Part shown: positions 25,800-39,451 of the stretch, piece after piece
Layout of the letters: every line of letters starts with the position of its first letter
How positions within the stretch are numbered: the first letter of the stretch is position 1
From: Lama guanicoe
Taxonomy: Eukaryota
Direction of reading: 5' to 3'
Assembly (NCBI GenBank): GCA_013239625.1
Contig: MU054187.1
Coordinates: 24,244,433 to 24,308,432, forward strand
Length of the DNA: 64,000 nt
Notes under the pieces: model-generated
The model's input: only the letters and a program-made list of their open reading frames with translations
Told to the model about the DNA's origin: nothing
The model's database searches: none
Translations under genes and position numbers: made by a program

Positions 25800-28700
25800 C
25801 TACTCAAGAACCCTGAAACTTTACCAACATTCTGCAGATTGAGGAAGGGAGCCAAAACTTGAAAAACAATCGAAAAATGAGGGTAAGGTTCCTAAGTTTT
25901 TGTCTCCTGGCTTTGCTCCAAGAGCAGGCCTCGTGTAGTGCAAAACTGCAGAGCAGGCATAAACAAGCATGCTCCAAGAGAAATCTGTCTTTATGGCCAG
26001 AGGAACAAGAAAGAGGCCCATGCAAAGAAAGCAGGAAAAGTTCTATTTTCACTTGTTAGTGTGTTTTCTTCTTCCTTCCTGGCATAGGGTAGGGGAACAT
26101 TGTTTATTTTTTTACACTTTTCTTTGATTGCTTGGCCTACAAGTTGTCTCTAGTCATGGAGAATGCCATGGCAACATATTGGCTAAGTCTTTGAAAAAAA
26201 ATCAAATCTTCCTTGGCCAATGACCAGGACAAGGGAAATCTGAAGACAAGAGAGTATGGGGAAGATCTTAGATAGGAGAGAACTAGATAAGATAGTACTC
26301 TAGTTATATAAAAGTTCTCAGTTGTACATATACGACATAGACTCAAAGCAGCCTAGCAAAGTTTAAAGAACTGAAGGATAACATACAACAGCCCAAGTGT
26401 CACATACATGGAACAAACCCAAAGCAGCATAGGAAAAGCCTTGAAAACTGAACTGTGAACCAATCAGAGAAGATCAGAGACAGAATTTGTGGTTAAACCT
26501 ATGATAACTCAAAGTTATTTGATAGGAAAATGTGTCATTATCAAATGAGAAAACAATTAACAAATACCAAACTCAAGTTACCCCAAATGTTGGGATTATC
26601 AGACTTAAAGGAGCTATTATTTCCACACTCTATGAGGTAAAGACACACATTTTTAAAATTAATAGAAAAATAAAAGTTCAGAATCTCAATGTAACCTATA
26701 AAAAGAGCACCAAATGGGCATTTTCCAACTAAAAAAAATAATATCTGAAATTTTATAAGTCACTGGATTGACTCAATAGCAAAATGGAGGTAACAGAGGG
26801 AACAGTCCGTGAACCTGCAGATACATGAATAGCAATTATTCAGCCTAAAGGCAAGATGAAAAAATGATTTTGAAAAAATGGACAGAAAGTCAAGTACCTA
26901 TGAGAAAATATTCTTAGAGAAAGCACTAAAAGACAATGCAAAGATAAGTAAACAAAATGCCAAAAGAATATTAAGATGTCAATAGGCACAATAAAAAGTA
27001 ATGCTAAATTTTTTGAATAATGTTTAAAAAGCCCAGAATGGAAAAAGCCCAAACTGAAAAAATTTAATGGTAGACATAAATTCAACCACATTAATAATTA
27101 TATTTAATGAAAATGGTCAAAATACAATTGAATTCAGAAACCTGAAGATTGGCTAAAAACAAAAACAAACAAACAAAAAAAAGGATGGCAAAAATTTAGT
27201 TAGTAAGCAAAAAATAAATCAAAAGAAAGCTAGAGTAGCTACATTAATGTCAAAATTAAGTAGATTTCAGAATAAAGAAAATACTAATGAGAAAGAGTGT
27301 CATTTAATGATTTTAAAAGGTCAGTTCATTAGGAAGAAATGTGTATGCACCCAACAACAAAGCTTCCAAATTCCTGAAGCAATAAGTCAATAAAACTGGA
27401 AAGAGAACTACTTATACCCAAAGACTTCAAAACTTCTCTCCCAATCACAGATAGAACAAATGGTTAGAAAATGAACAAAGACACAGAAGATTCTATCAAC
27501 CAACTTAATCTAATTGATATTTATAGAACAATTCATCCAGCAAGAGCAGAACACACATTCTTCTCAAGTACATGCGGAACATGTACAAAGATAGATCGTA
27601 TTCTTGGGCACAGAACAAATCTTCACACATTTAAAAGAAGAGAAATTATACAAAGTATATTATCAGATCGTAACAGAATTAAATTGGAAATCAGCAATAG
27701 AAAAATAACTGGAAAACTCCCAAGTATTTGGCAGTTAAACAACATACATCTAAGTAACTTATGAGACAAAAAAGGAGACTCAAAGGAATTAGAAAATATT
27801 TTAGCTTAATGGAAATAAAAATAATTCAAATATTTCTGAAAATGTATCAAAAGTTTTGTAAAGGTAAAGCAGTGCTTGAGAACAATTTATAGCATCAAAA
27901 GTCTTCCATGGGGGTTGGGGGTAAGGGGAGCAGAAATTCTATGTGGTAGTTTTCAAATATGTTGTCAAATTATTTGATTCTCCTCCCTGTAAGAGATGGT
28001 GCTCCCTCCTTGAGGATGGATTGAATGCTATCTGTTTTCAAAATGTATCACAAAGTTACAGTAATTAAGACAGAGTGGTTTTGGTGTCATGATAGACACC
28101 AAATTAATTAGATCAATGGTCCAATACATAGAGTCCAGAGTTAGACCCAAAGACATATATGGATAATTCAGTTTTGAAAAAGACACAAAAGCAATTTGAT
28201 GAAAAAAGGGTAGTCTTTCAATAAGTAGTGTTGGCATAACTGGACTGTCATCCATCACAAAAAACAACAAAATGTGACACATACCTCACACTTATACAAA
28301 ATTACCTTAAAATAATCTATACTTCAATGTAAAATGTAGAACTTTAAAACCTGTAGAAGAAAACATGGGAGAAAATCGTTATGACTTTAGGCAAAAGCTA
28401 TTAGATATGACAAAAAGCATAATTTATAAAAGAAAAAACTGCTAATTAGATATTATCAAAATTAGGAATTTTCATTCTCTGAAAGAGAGAGGGAAAAGAA
28501 GAAAGAAGATATAGGTCTGACAGAAGGCTAGTATCCAGAATACGTAAAGTACTTTTGAACTTAACAATATGGTGACAAACAATACTGGTTTTAAAAACAG
28601 ATAAAAGTTTTGAACAGTCAGTCATTCACTAAAAAAGATAGCATGGCTAATAAACAAGTCTATGAAAATTTGCTCAACATCACTATTCGGAAAATGTAAA

Positions 28701-29345
28701 TTAAAGTCACAGAAAGATACCTCTAAAGGCTCATTAAAATGGCTAAACTTTAAGAAAAAGAAAATTAAATTGACTATACTAAGCACCAGCGAGAATACAT
28801 AGCAGCTGGAACTCTCATACATTGCTGATGCGAATGCAAACAGGACAGCAAATTCACTCTCAGGTGCTCATTCAAGATAAATGAATTTTAGCTCATGAAA
28901 AACAACTGTATATGACTGTTTAAAGCAGCTTTATTTGTATTTGCCAAAAACTTGAAGTAACCCAACTCTTCTTCAACAGATGAATAAACAAACTGTAGTC
29001 CATCCTTATGATGCGATGGAATACTTCTCAGTAACAATGGGGGAAAAAAGGACTGTTCACACGGTATAAATGAATATCAGATGCATTATGCTAAGTGAAA
29101 GAAGCCAGACTCAGAGGGCAACATAAGATATGACTCCATTTGGATGACATTCTAGAAAGGCAAGACTGTAGGTACAAAAAATAAATCAGCGGTAGCTAGG
29201 GGTCGTGAGGTGAGAAGAGAGGTTGTCTGTACAGGAGTACCAAGAAGGAAGTTTTGGCTGCTGGCACTGTCCTGTATGATACGGTGATTGTAAACATAGA
29301 ACATTTTGAATTTTCCGAAAACCATAGAAAAGTCTATGTTTAAAA
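25800..29345 (+). mobile_element. Old L1 (L1MC/MD-type) remnant with large internal loss
   Basis: Endonuclease-domain peptide at 27471-27764 (LIDIYRTIHP...HTFFSS...KIDRILGH...SDRNRIKLEI). ORF2 C-terminus from ~28030. 3' motif atgctaagtgaaagaagccagactca. Confidence 0.8.
27942..28025 (+). mobile_element. MLT1F/G-like LTR 5' fragment at the L1 deletion junction
   Basis: tgtggtagttttcaaatatgttgtcaaattatttgattctcctccc...cttgag. Confidence 0.6.
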
Positions 29346-29463
29346 ACATCTTTCTTCCCTTTTTAACAAAATGGCAGAGAGTTATGATGGAAGACTGAAT
29401 AATTCCTTAGGCAAATGCATGCACATACATACACGAACACATCTACATACATACACATACATT

Positions 29464-30095
29464 CAGTTGTCTCTCATTATTCATGGATTCCAGATTTGCA
29501 AATTCACCTGCTGGCTAAAATTTATTTGTAACCTCAAAATCAGTGCTCTTGATGCTTCACAGTCATTTGTGGGTGCGTCAATGTGCAGGGTTGTAAAAAT
29601 TTTGAGTCACCTGACATGTACTGTTCCCAGCTGAGATGCAAGACAGCAATGCTTTGCCTTATTTCAACTCTTATACTGTAAGCAAGTGTCCTTTTCGTGG
29701 TATACTCTCTTCAGCACATTGTTGTGCTTTCTTTTTTTAGTGCTTTCACTGTTTAAAATGGCCCCCAAGTATAGTGCCACAGGGATGTCTAGGGTTCCTA
29801 AGTGCAAGAAGACTGTGACATGTCTTAAAGGGACATGTGTGCAAGATAAGTTTCACTGAGGCATGAACTATAGTGTCCTTGGCCATGAGTTCCATGTTAA
29901 TGAAGAAACAATATTTATTGAATAGGAACTCTCCAAAAAGAAACACACATAAAACAAGGTTATGCATTGGCCAGTTGAGAAAGATGTTGTGATTAGGGAC
30001 CCAGAGAATTTCTCCTAGGAGAAATACATCAGTATTCACTAGCGCGATGGTCATCATCACATAAGAACATAATTACTGTGAGTGAGAGTTGATAC
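29464..30095 (+). mobile_element. MER44/Tigger7-like DNA transposon
   Basis: cagttgtctctcattattcatggattcc...gctaaaatttatttgtaacc...ctgtttaaaatggcccccaag...gttcctaagtgcaagaag...taaaacaaggttatg. Confidence 0.85.
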
Positions 30096-31899
30096 ATATA
30101 TAATATAGATTTTTATATAGGCATAATTATATATTTGCAATACATAATATTTCATTCTAAATATCTTAAAAAGTTAAACTCCTAGACTAGATTTAATACT
30201 TGTGCTGAATCCACTGAAATAGTTTTTGAAATCATATTCCCTCTGGAGCTTAGTCTCAGTTCAAAGAATTTATGAAGAGTTTGGTATCCCAAGTACTTTT
30301 TCCTGGTCTTCCTCGATTTTCAAGTTGTCCAGTTATAAGCAGCCCTGGAAGGATATAGCTTAATGCCCTGTTACTGATCGCATGACTACAATGGGCACTT
30401 TTTTCAACTTACATTTTATCAGAACTCTGAAGCTAATCTCTCCCTCTCTTAGCTAACAACAACAAAAAAATGAATTATATGAGAAAAAGACACATATTTT
30501 CTTCTATCTGGTCTCTGCTCTTAACGTTTAACTTTAGTAAATAAACAAAAAATGATATCATATAATGTTTTTATCTATATCCTAAGATCATGGCTATCAT
30601 CATTTATTCTATAATCATAATAGAATTGCTGATTACTCTTTCTTAACATTAGAGAACTTTTCCTTATAAAGGAACCCTCTAGAATTTAACTCAGTTTTAC
30701 AGGAGTTACTTGAAATACACTCACACTTCTTAAAAGTTGATGTCCCATCTAATACCGGTAAACGCAGGCTTCTTTAGTTAAAGGGACAAGTACATCTCTG
30801 ATGGAAATATAAATAACATTTAAGGCTACTTGAGGGTTTTTTTTAAGACTATTTAAAATGTTCTCAAAAATCAATTACAATTAATTTGAGACAATGTTTG
30901 AGAAGGTGGCAAAGAAAAGACTTTGAGGCCAAGGCCTTCCCAGTGAGACGGCACATTCATACTTTTCATCTGCTCATTCTTGCTTTCTTATTTCCTTCCT
31001 TCTTTATCCATTTATTGACTGTTTGAGTTTTTGATTTTTGCAAGTTTATATTCATTCTTTCTAACTTTACCTTTTATAAGAATATTTGGTGGGACTGGCC
31101 CTAAGCCTTGATGGGAAGCCAGGTAGGGTCCTTGAAGTGTGTCCCAGTTTGAAGGAGGAAAATCAGACTGCACATGCTTTTACTGGTGATTATAGAAGCT
31201 TTACACACTTTAAATAATAGGGCATTTATATTTTAAAATTCAATTGTAATTTCTGTAAGGTCTAGTGACTGGGAACATTGACCTAGCCTTTTGGAAATAT
31301 TAAAACTACTGAGAAAGAAATCTCGGGGTAAAGATAAGGGATGCTTTGGAAATACTACTGGAGTGTTGTATAATCCTTGCTTATAAATTGGAAGAGATTT
31401 ATGAAATTCCATGGAGATAGAATTGTTTCTGGCTAAGGGTTTTACATAAAGGATTTGCACATTTTCTACTTTTTCTATTGCAAGTAATGGAATACATACT
31501 CCGTGAAGAATGAACATATGGGCTTGAAACACTTTTATATGCATTTCTGGATGGCACGGGAACTTTTTCAGAATATGAATATGAACTAGCGAAAAATGTC
31601 AAATATTAAATCTATTGTCAAAACGGATCTCCAGGTTGCTTAACATGCTTTGGGGAACATGGCAGAGATTTGGCTTAGGCCTTAGAGTGGAGGGAAATGT
31701 TCCTCGTCTAATTTTACATTTCCTTTAAGGAAATGTTAGGGCATGGAACTTCAAAGGGTTTTTTTGTAGGTTAAGTTACTCTATAAAAGTCCCCTCCCAG
31801 TCATACTAGCATATATATATATAGATATTGAAAGCATATATATAAGAGTTTTAGGGGAGAAAAGGAAACCAAACATCTCCCTTCACTCTGAATAGAGAT

Positions 31900-32045
31900 T
31901 TATTAATCAATTAATTCAACAGATTTTACTGAAGGACTACTGACAGAGGAAGGAACTACCTTAGATACTGCACGTAAGTGATGAGGAAAAACCTCATTAA
32001 AGAGCTCTGTCCCCACTGAATAGCTCACTGTTTATCTAGGGCAAA
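31900..32045 (-). mobile_element. L2 3' end fragment
   Basis: attaattcaacagattttactgaaggactactg...tagatactg. Confidence 0.5.
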
Positions 32046-32351
32046 ACATATGAAAGAAAGAGGGAGAGGAAGGAAGAAAGGAAGGAAGGGGGAAGAAATT
32101 TATGTAATTATATTAAATTGATTAAAATATATATACATACACATATATTTTGGCTCCAATTAAATTTCAAAACTTCAGTAATTTGACCTATTTAAGTTTA
32201 CCCACAGCTTTGTATAATTGCTCACAGGATTCATGTCAGCGGAACAGTCTATATTTTAGAACTTGCTTTAACATTGCCATTCTGCTTTTTACCCCAAAAC
32301 AGTGTCCATGATATCATGTTAAATTTATATTGTAAATCACATTTAGTAGCA

Positions 32352-32510
32352 AGAGGCAGCATTTATCATAGAGTATTGAAGCAGGAATCTAAAGATTGGA
32401 CTTCAGGCTCAATCATTTATTCTTGGTATGATGTTGGTAGAGTCACCTAATTTTCTTCCATCTCAGTCTTTTCACCTGTACAGTAAGAAAATTAATACTT
32501 TCCCTGCTAA
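32352..32510 (+). mobile_element. MIR SINE fragment
   Basis: gaggcagc...agagtcacctaattttcttccatctcagtcttttcacctgta. Confidence 0.65.
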
Positions 32511-34155
32511 TTTAAAATAAAATTGGACGTAGAAAAATATTTATTAACCAATAACACGCAAATTAACAAATGTCCTTAATTTTCATGCTTACATGTAAAA
32601 AATTGTAAATTTTATTGGCATGAAGGATTTGCTTGTACCAATATTTTGTTAAACAAAATTGGGTAAATAAGTCTGAATGGAAAAAGACACCTGTCTCAAA
32701 ATTTCACATAAACATGCCAAAATAAACTTTAAGACCACCTTTAAAATAGTAAAGGTAATATGTAGCAGAAGTGACTTTTAAACTCAACTTGGGCTCAACT
32801 TTTGCTCAACTTGTGGCTTTATTAGAGGTATTTTAATTAGCACTATAAAGTCATTACCATTTACACTATGCCTTCCCCCATGTCACAGTTCTTTTATTTA
32901 TTTATTTTTTACAGTTCTTTTAGAATAAAATAGAAATTCAATTTTATCTTTCAAGGAACTATGTTTTTATTTTTATACCAAACTTTTAGAGCTCGTTAAT
33001 AATCTACAAAGGAAATGCTAGCCACAAAGCACTTCCACAAAAAGCATCAACTTAGATGCAAAGGAAATAAAAAGCCACCTGAAAAGCCACAACTTTTAAT
33101 GGTAGATCTTTAAAAATGAAAAAGCATTTAATTCCCTGCTCAATAATCCTATTAAATTCACCACTTTGAAAATTTATACAAAAATAATCAGTTTAAAGTA
33201 ACTGATTTTTCTCAAAAAGCACTTCTGTTCTGAAAGCTTGTTTCTCCAGTTTTTCTCTCATATTATTTTAAGAGCCAATCCTAACCCCTGATAATAGAAT
33301 ACTGGCAGATCTCTAATCAAATAACAGCTAGTCATTGCTGCAATTGTGCGCAGTCCTAATAAAATGCAATTGTTTATTCTCTTTCTCATTGTCTTTGCAG
33401 AGAGCACTGTTATGGCAGAAAAGTAGTAAATAATAAATTATCATGCCAATTGTCCCTAAAGATTAGTGTGTGAATTAGGGAAACAAAAACCTATCAGTCC
33501 CCCCTTTTAAGTATATTTCTGAAATTGAATTGAATTGCATGACTTTCCAGCTACATAAAAAAATATGTATTAACTCTTAAAGTGCTATTTCTTCCACTGG
33601 TTGTGTTTTACTGGGGATTCTTTCAGACCCTGACCAAGGAACATGACAGGACAGTAAATTCTAGAAAGCTAAGAAGACTTTGGGTTTGCTGAAACAACAA
33701 AGTTATCAGGCAGGGAGGAGAATCATGCATGAGCCAGGATGTTCTCTCCCAGCACAGTGCTCAAAAGAGAACAGAAATAGCCAAAGGAAAATCAAAATGC
33801 ACAGCGCATGTGCAGAGAGCAAAATTGGATACGCTTTTTTTCTTTGTTTCTATGAACTCCATTTAAAAAGTACAGAGAGTAAATTCACACAGTTGTGGGC
33901 AGAACCCAATAACTTTTAAATCTGCGTTCCCGACATGAGTTTAGCAGGAGAAGCACAACTAGCAAAATTAATAGAAATATTTATTAATCTAGGTGCCTGT
34001 TCTACTGATTCTTCTCTACTGTTGTCCTTCTCTCTTTCCTTCATGTCACTGTCTATGCAAAACCTGAAGTCACCTGGTTAATAAAGTCCAAGATGCTTGA
34101 CTTCAAGACCCTCCACTAGCTACCTTCTACCTACTAATCTAGGCTTATCTCTCAT

Positions 34156-34685
34156 TGTAACAGAAAAGAACAAATCTGACTCCATATTAGATCTGTTTCT
34201 TTGGCTTTAACCCTGTGCCCTGTTTTCTAGACTTAGTCTTGCTAGCTCTGCACCTTTTGTAAAAGAACGGTGCTGAAAATGCCTGAAATGTACAGGAGAG
34301 CCTATTCTCAAGTCTTTGACCTTTAAGGATATTAACACTTTCACACTATATAAAGATATAAAGATAACAAGTTGCAGAATGGAAAATAACAGTTGTTTTG
34401 TTGGAGGTTTACAGGGGCACCATGACCTGACCCATGTGGACAGCTGCAAGAACAATGTATTCCTACAGCAAGAAGTTTGCAACAACCAACCACACTCACT
34501 CCCCTTTTTAGTATAAAAGGAGCTTGTATTGTGATTTGGGGAGGATGGTTCTCCAAGACCTTAGTCTGCCATCCTCTCTGTCTGCCAACTTCCCTAATAA
34601 AGTCGCTATTCCTTGCCCCAACACCTCGTCTCCTGATTTATTGGCCTGTCGCGTGGCGAGCAGAACGAGTTTGGACTTGGTAACA
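34156..34685 (+). mobile_element. Complete ERV1-class solo LTR (530 bp) inserted in an L2 remnant
   Basis: TG...CA termini (tgtaac...gtaaca). Exact 4-bp TSD TCAT (34152-34155, 34686-34689). TATAAAA at 34512, AATAAA at 34596-34601. CpGs retained in U5. Confidence 0.93.
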
Positions 34686-35614
34686 TCATTAGCTCATACT
34701 TCCAACCAAAACTTTAGACAAACTAGAACACTCACTTCCCCATACTCATTTGTTTTCCTATTTTTGCAGTTATATTCACATACCATTTCTTCTGTCTGGA
34801 AAACCTCTCTCAGGAGCCTCATAGACTCAGGAGTACTCTTAGACTCCAGCAAATAGCACCTCCTTCCAAGAAGCCAGCCTAAACTCCTTACCTCAGCCCT
34901 CATCCAATTCTTCCTACTCCTTTCACTCATAATACTACATTATTCCTTTTATTCTAAAATATATATGGCATTCTATATTTCATCACAGTTCACTATGATG
35001 CCTTACCACCTGTGCAGTGTAAATGAGAGCAAAAATTAAATGTACATGCTTAAATTTACCACAGTGATTAGAAAACACTGTCTTCTTATAGTAGGTTCCC
35101 ATGTATGCTGCATTAGTTAAATATTGCTCAAAGTTATTCCCTCTGAAAAATATAGCCAACTGACAAAGAAGAATATTGGGAACATAGATGTATGATGAAT
35201 TTTTGGATGAAGAGAAAAATACAGCTGCTTACCAAAACCAACTACAATTCCCAGAAAATTATGAGTTCTATCCTCCTTGGTTTCTTAAAAGACAGAGACA
35301 GATAACTTTTCTATGTGATATATTTGTTAAAGAGTTTGTCTTACACAGTCTGACATTGATAAACCGCTTGAATTTTTACATTGAAAAGAGGAAGAAATAG
35401 TAGCATGCATTTCTGCTAATTGCTTTTAAAAGTGTTGTTCAACATAGTGTGAAGATAATTTCTATGGTAACTACCACATAAAGGTGTGGTGAATGGATGG
35501 AAAGAGAGGTGAGGTAAGAAAGATGGAGACTATATACAGTCACCTTTGACAAAATGACTGGTAACTTTCTCCATGTACAGGCAATACAATCTTTCATTTT
35601 TCACTGTCTAGAAA

Positions 35615-36457
35615 NNNNNNNNNNNNNNNNNNNNNNNNNNNNNNNNNNNNNNNNNNNNNNNNNNNNNNNNNNNNNNNNNNNNNNNNNNNNNNNNNNNNNN
35701 NNNNNNNNNNNNNNNNNNNNNNNNNNNNNNNNNNNNNNNNNNNNNNNNNNNNNNNNNNNNNNNNNNNNNNNNNNNNNNNNNNNNNNNNNNNNNNNNNNNN
35801 NNNNNNNNNNNNNNNNNNNNNNNNNNNNNNNNNNNNNNNNNNNNNNNNNNNNNNNNNNNNNNNNNNNNNNNNNNNNNNNNNNNNNNNNNNNNNNNNNNNN
35901 NNNNNNNNNNNNNNNNNNNNNNNNNNNNNNNNNNNNNNNNNNNNNNNNNNNNNNNNNNNNNNNNNNNNNNNNNNNNNNNNNNNNNNNNNNNNNNNNNNNN
36001 NNNNNNNNNNNNNNNNNNNNNNNNNNNNNNNNNNNNNNNNNNNNNNNNNNNNNNNNNNNNNNNNNNNNNNNNNNNNNNNNNNNNNNNNNNNNNNNNNNNN
36101 NNNNNNNNNNNNNNNNNNNNNNNNNNNNNNNNNNNNNNNNNNNNNNNNNNNNNNNNNNNNNNNNNNNNNNNNNNNNNNNNNNNNNNNNNNNNNNNNNNNN
36201 NNNNNNNNNNNNNNNNNNNNNNNNNNNNNNNNNNNNNNNNNNNNNNNNNNNNNNNNNNNNNNNNNNNNNNNNNNNNNNNNNNNNNNNNNNNNNNNNNNNN
36301 NNNNNNNNNNNNNNNNNNNNNNNNNNNNNNNNNNNNNNNNNNNNNNNNNNNNNNNNNNNNNNNNNNNNNNNNNNNNNNNNNNNNNNNNNNNNNNNNNNNN
36401 NNNNNNNNNNNNNNNNNNNNNNNNNNNNNNNNNNNNNNNNNNNNNNNNNNNNNNNNN
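35615..36457. other. Assembly gap (843 N)
   Basis: Run of n. Confidence 1.
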
Positions 36458-37769
36458 AAAAAAAACTCAATTTCTTGAGGTGAGCTAGTATTTAATTTTA
36501 AAACACTATACTTATTAGCAGGGTCAGAAAGAGGAGCCAGGTGTGCAACGGGTGTACTGTAGATTGAAAAGTTTCCCTAATCTTACTGGATGCATCCTTC
36601 CCTTTCTCTTCATACCAGGAAGTGGTGTCTTCCCCATCCACACACCTTTATTGGGAATTACTATTCTGAAGTCTTAGTGAATTTAGCTGTCTTTTGTAAG
36701 CCTTATGTTGTCTTTAAATATTGGCTATGAGAAATTGAAAGCAAAATATGCTCATATAATTTATAGTCATCTATTGAGCCATATTGACTCATGTCATCAT
36801 TTTCTACAGTACCTAACTGCATGTATTTATTTATAAATAGTCCAAGGAGGCTTGAGGAAGAGTGTAGACCCTGGGGAAGTGAAATTGGACCTTGCCATTA
36901 TGGAGAGGAAAATGAATAATACATAAACATTTCTGATAGACTTGGGGAGCCCCAAATATAAGCCATGCTGCAAAAAGGTACAACAGAGTCCCTGAAAGAG
37001 AATTCAACATAACAAGAAGGAGTGTGAATGGTCACCTGAAGTCAAAAGATGTGAAGCCTGTGAGATGGAGAGGAAGAATCATTCCTGGTACAGCGATGCT
37101 ACCACACCTGAAACTAGGAGCCATCATAACTCAGCACCCTACTGGCAGCGCACTCCCACAGTGGAATGTGTGAAGTGAGGAAACTTTGGAATGCTTTAGG
37201 CCTGATCAACTCTGTGAGCTGATCCCACCCTAAATAAAAGAAGAAGAAAAAAAAAAAGAGAAAGGGAGGGTTTCATTTCTTAATGTGTGAGACAATTTTA
37301 AACAGATTTTAGGCCAATCCTCTGCTGGTACCAAGAATATGGAGTACTGCTCAGAGTAGCTAATATTGTCAGCTAATGTCCCCAAATCAGTTGGCAGTCA
37401 TGTCGATGACCTGTAGTTTTAGGATCACTAAATCATCTTAGGGCAACAGAGGGCAGCAGGAGCAAGAGAACTGAGACTTTTGCCATTGGAGGTGGAATCA
37501 TCAAAATGGCATTCTGGGATAACAAAAGGTAACAAGGATCCGTGTCCTAGATTATTGCATGAATACACACACACATGCACACAATTCTCTCAGAATTTTC
37601 TAGAAATTACTACAAAGAACTGTGATTTCTAAGTAAGTAGACTTTAAACTAGAGGTATTTGAATATCAGTTGTTTGTATAAACTTCTGTTTATACTTTTG
37701 AACTGATGAGGCCCATAACTTCAAAATGCACACATACTATTTTAACACCTGCAAAGTACAACCAATATA

Positions 37770-38460
37770 CACTCTGTTTCAATAAATGGCACTCCCCCTC
37801 CAATTGTTCCAACCAGAAATTGTGGGTGCATCCTTGATTTATCTCTGTTCTTCACCACTCACATCATCCTATCAACTCTCCTTTTTAAGTATCTCAGAAT
37901 CTGTCCTCTTTGCTACATTCTTCACTGTCAACACCCACGCTGAAGTCACTGTTCTCTCTAGTAAAGACAAATACCATGAAAACCATTTCTTTGCCTCCTT
38001 CCATCTCCTCTTGCTCTCAATCAATCCATTTTCTGAAGGGCTGATGTAATAACCTTTGAAAAATGCAATTCTGATCATATCCTCATTTGTTTAAGGCCAT
38101 TTTATGTTTTCTCCTCCTTCTCATGATAAAAGCCAAAATCTTTACCCTGGCACAGTTTGATTTAGGCTCTTCACTTCTCACCAATCTTACGGAAGCCTTG
38201 CTAGGCTTACTGGCCATGCAGATAAGAACAAATCTCATTTTTCCACATTCTCAGAGTCCTTTGTTTCTCTCCCTTAGGATCACATCAAGCCAACGATTAA
38301 TCATTTATGTCATGTGTGTGTGATTATTTGCATTATTATTGGTTTAATGTCTCTTTTCCTTTCTAAATTGTTAACTGCTCATAAACCTAGTTGCTATGTA
38401 TGTTTCTCCCTAACTACATTCTCAGTGCCTAGGCAATGCCTGTATTTATGAGTTACAAGG
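37770..38460 (+). mobile_element. L2 LINE remnant
   Basis: aatggcactcccctcc...aaaatgcaattctgatcatatcc...gataaaagccaaaatc...ctcagtgcctaggcaatgcctg. Confidence 0.65.
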
Positions 38461-39451
38461 GACGTAATTTCTATATAAATAAAAGGAAAAATGTGTGTTT
38501 GTGAGTCCCCCATGTGTGGCTATTACAATGGGAATCTGCTTTCACCTAACGCATTTTCACTTTCCAATAGGAAAAAAAGTTGTACTAAAGAGATTTTTTT
38601 AAATTTTTAAGTAGATTTTATATCCTTTCTAGGAAAATTTATTTGAATATTCACACCTTCTTCTCCTGCCAATATGTCTCAAAGTCACACACTGAGAAAA
38701 AAAATTGAGAAAATTCTGAGAACAGCTGGTTAGCATATTTCTTGATTTTTAAAAAAAAAACTTGCATAGGAAATAAGTAAAGCTAAAGTCATAAAGATCA
38801 GACCTGCGTTTTGCCTTTTCAAAGAAGAAAACCTGAGTGTAACCCTTTCAGTTGGGTTTTCTTTAAAGAAACCAGCACACGACAAATTCTAGAAAATATC
38901 CTTAGGTAAAGGTTAGCTGCTGTCAGGAGGCCTCAGTTCCTCTTCCACTGTTCATTAAGCAAGCCCAGACTGAGGTTGTTGAAAGCCATTCACGCCTGTG
39001 GAACCTGACAACCATTCCAAAGAACGGAGCATGTGTGCAGGGGAGAGAAGGTAAAGAGTTATACTATTTTCAATTGCTAATACTATCCTTCCAATTTTTT
39101 TTTATTTTATTGCTAATCAGGGCAATTTGAAAGATGAAAATGAGTAAGAAACAAGGCACTCTTCAAGCTTACAGTAAAATCCAACACTACATCTAATTAC
39201 AAAGAAAATGAGATCACTAAAGAAATTATTTCAAGTATATTAAGAGTAATACATTAAGGATATTAAAAGTTAAACAAATAGTTCTCATCTTACTGGCACT
39301 ATGTGAACAGATGTAAATAAACAAAGCACCTGAATAACACAAAGGGAGTGATTTCTTACAACTTAGGCAGTCTAACATAAAAATATAAGCTGCCTTATAT
39401 AAACAGGTCTAAAAGAAATCAAACTAAAACTATTAAAATTAGGATAGCATA

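Noticed and set aside
32780..32815. ctcaactt three times in tandem
   Set aside because: A short degenerate slippage repeat with no spacer structure. Not CRISPR-like.
11453..34685. Two same-family, same-orientation LTRs as the ends of a 23-kb provirus
   Set aside because: The right LTR has its own TSD. There is no PBS, PPT or gag/pol/env, and the interval is full of much older repeats.
35554..36483. 309-aa and 289-aa ORFs
   Set aside because: Artefacts of translating the N gap.
36830..37260. Possible processed pseudogene ending in AATAAA and an A-rich tract
   Set aside because: The longest open frame lacks a start and resembles no known protein. No TSD found. An old LTR or unique DNA is more likely.
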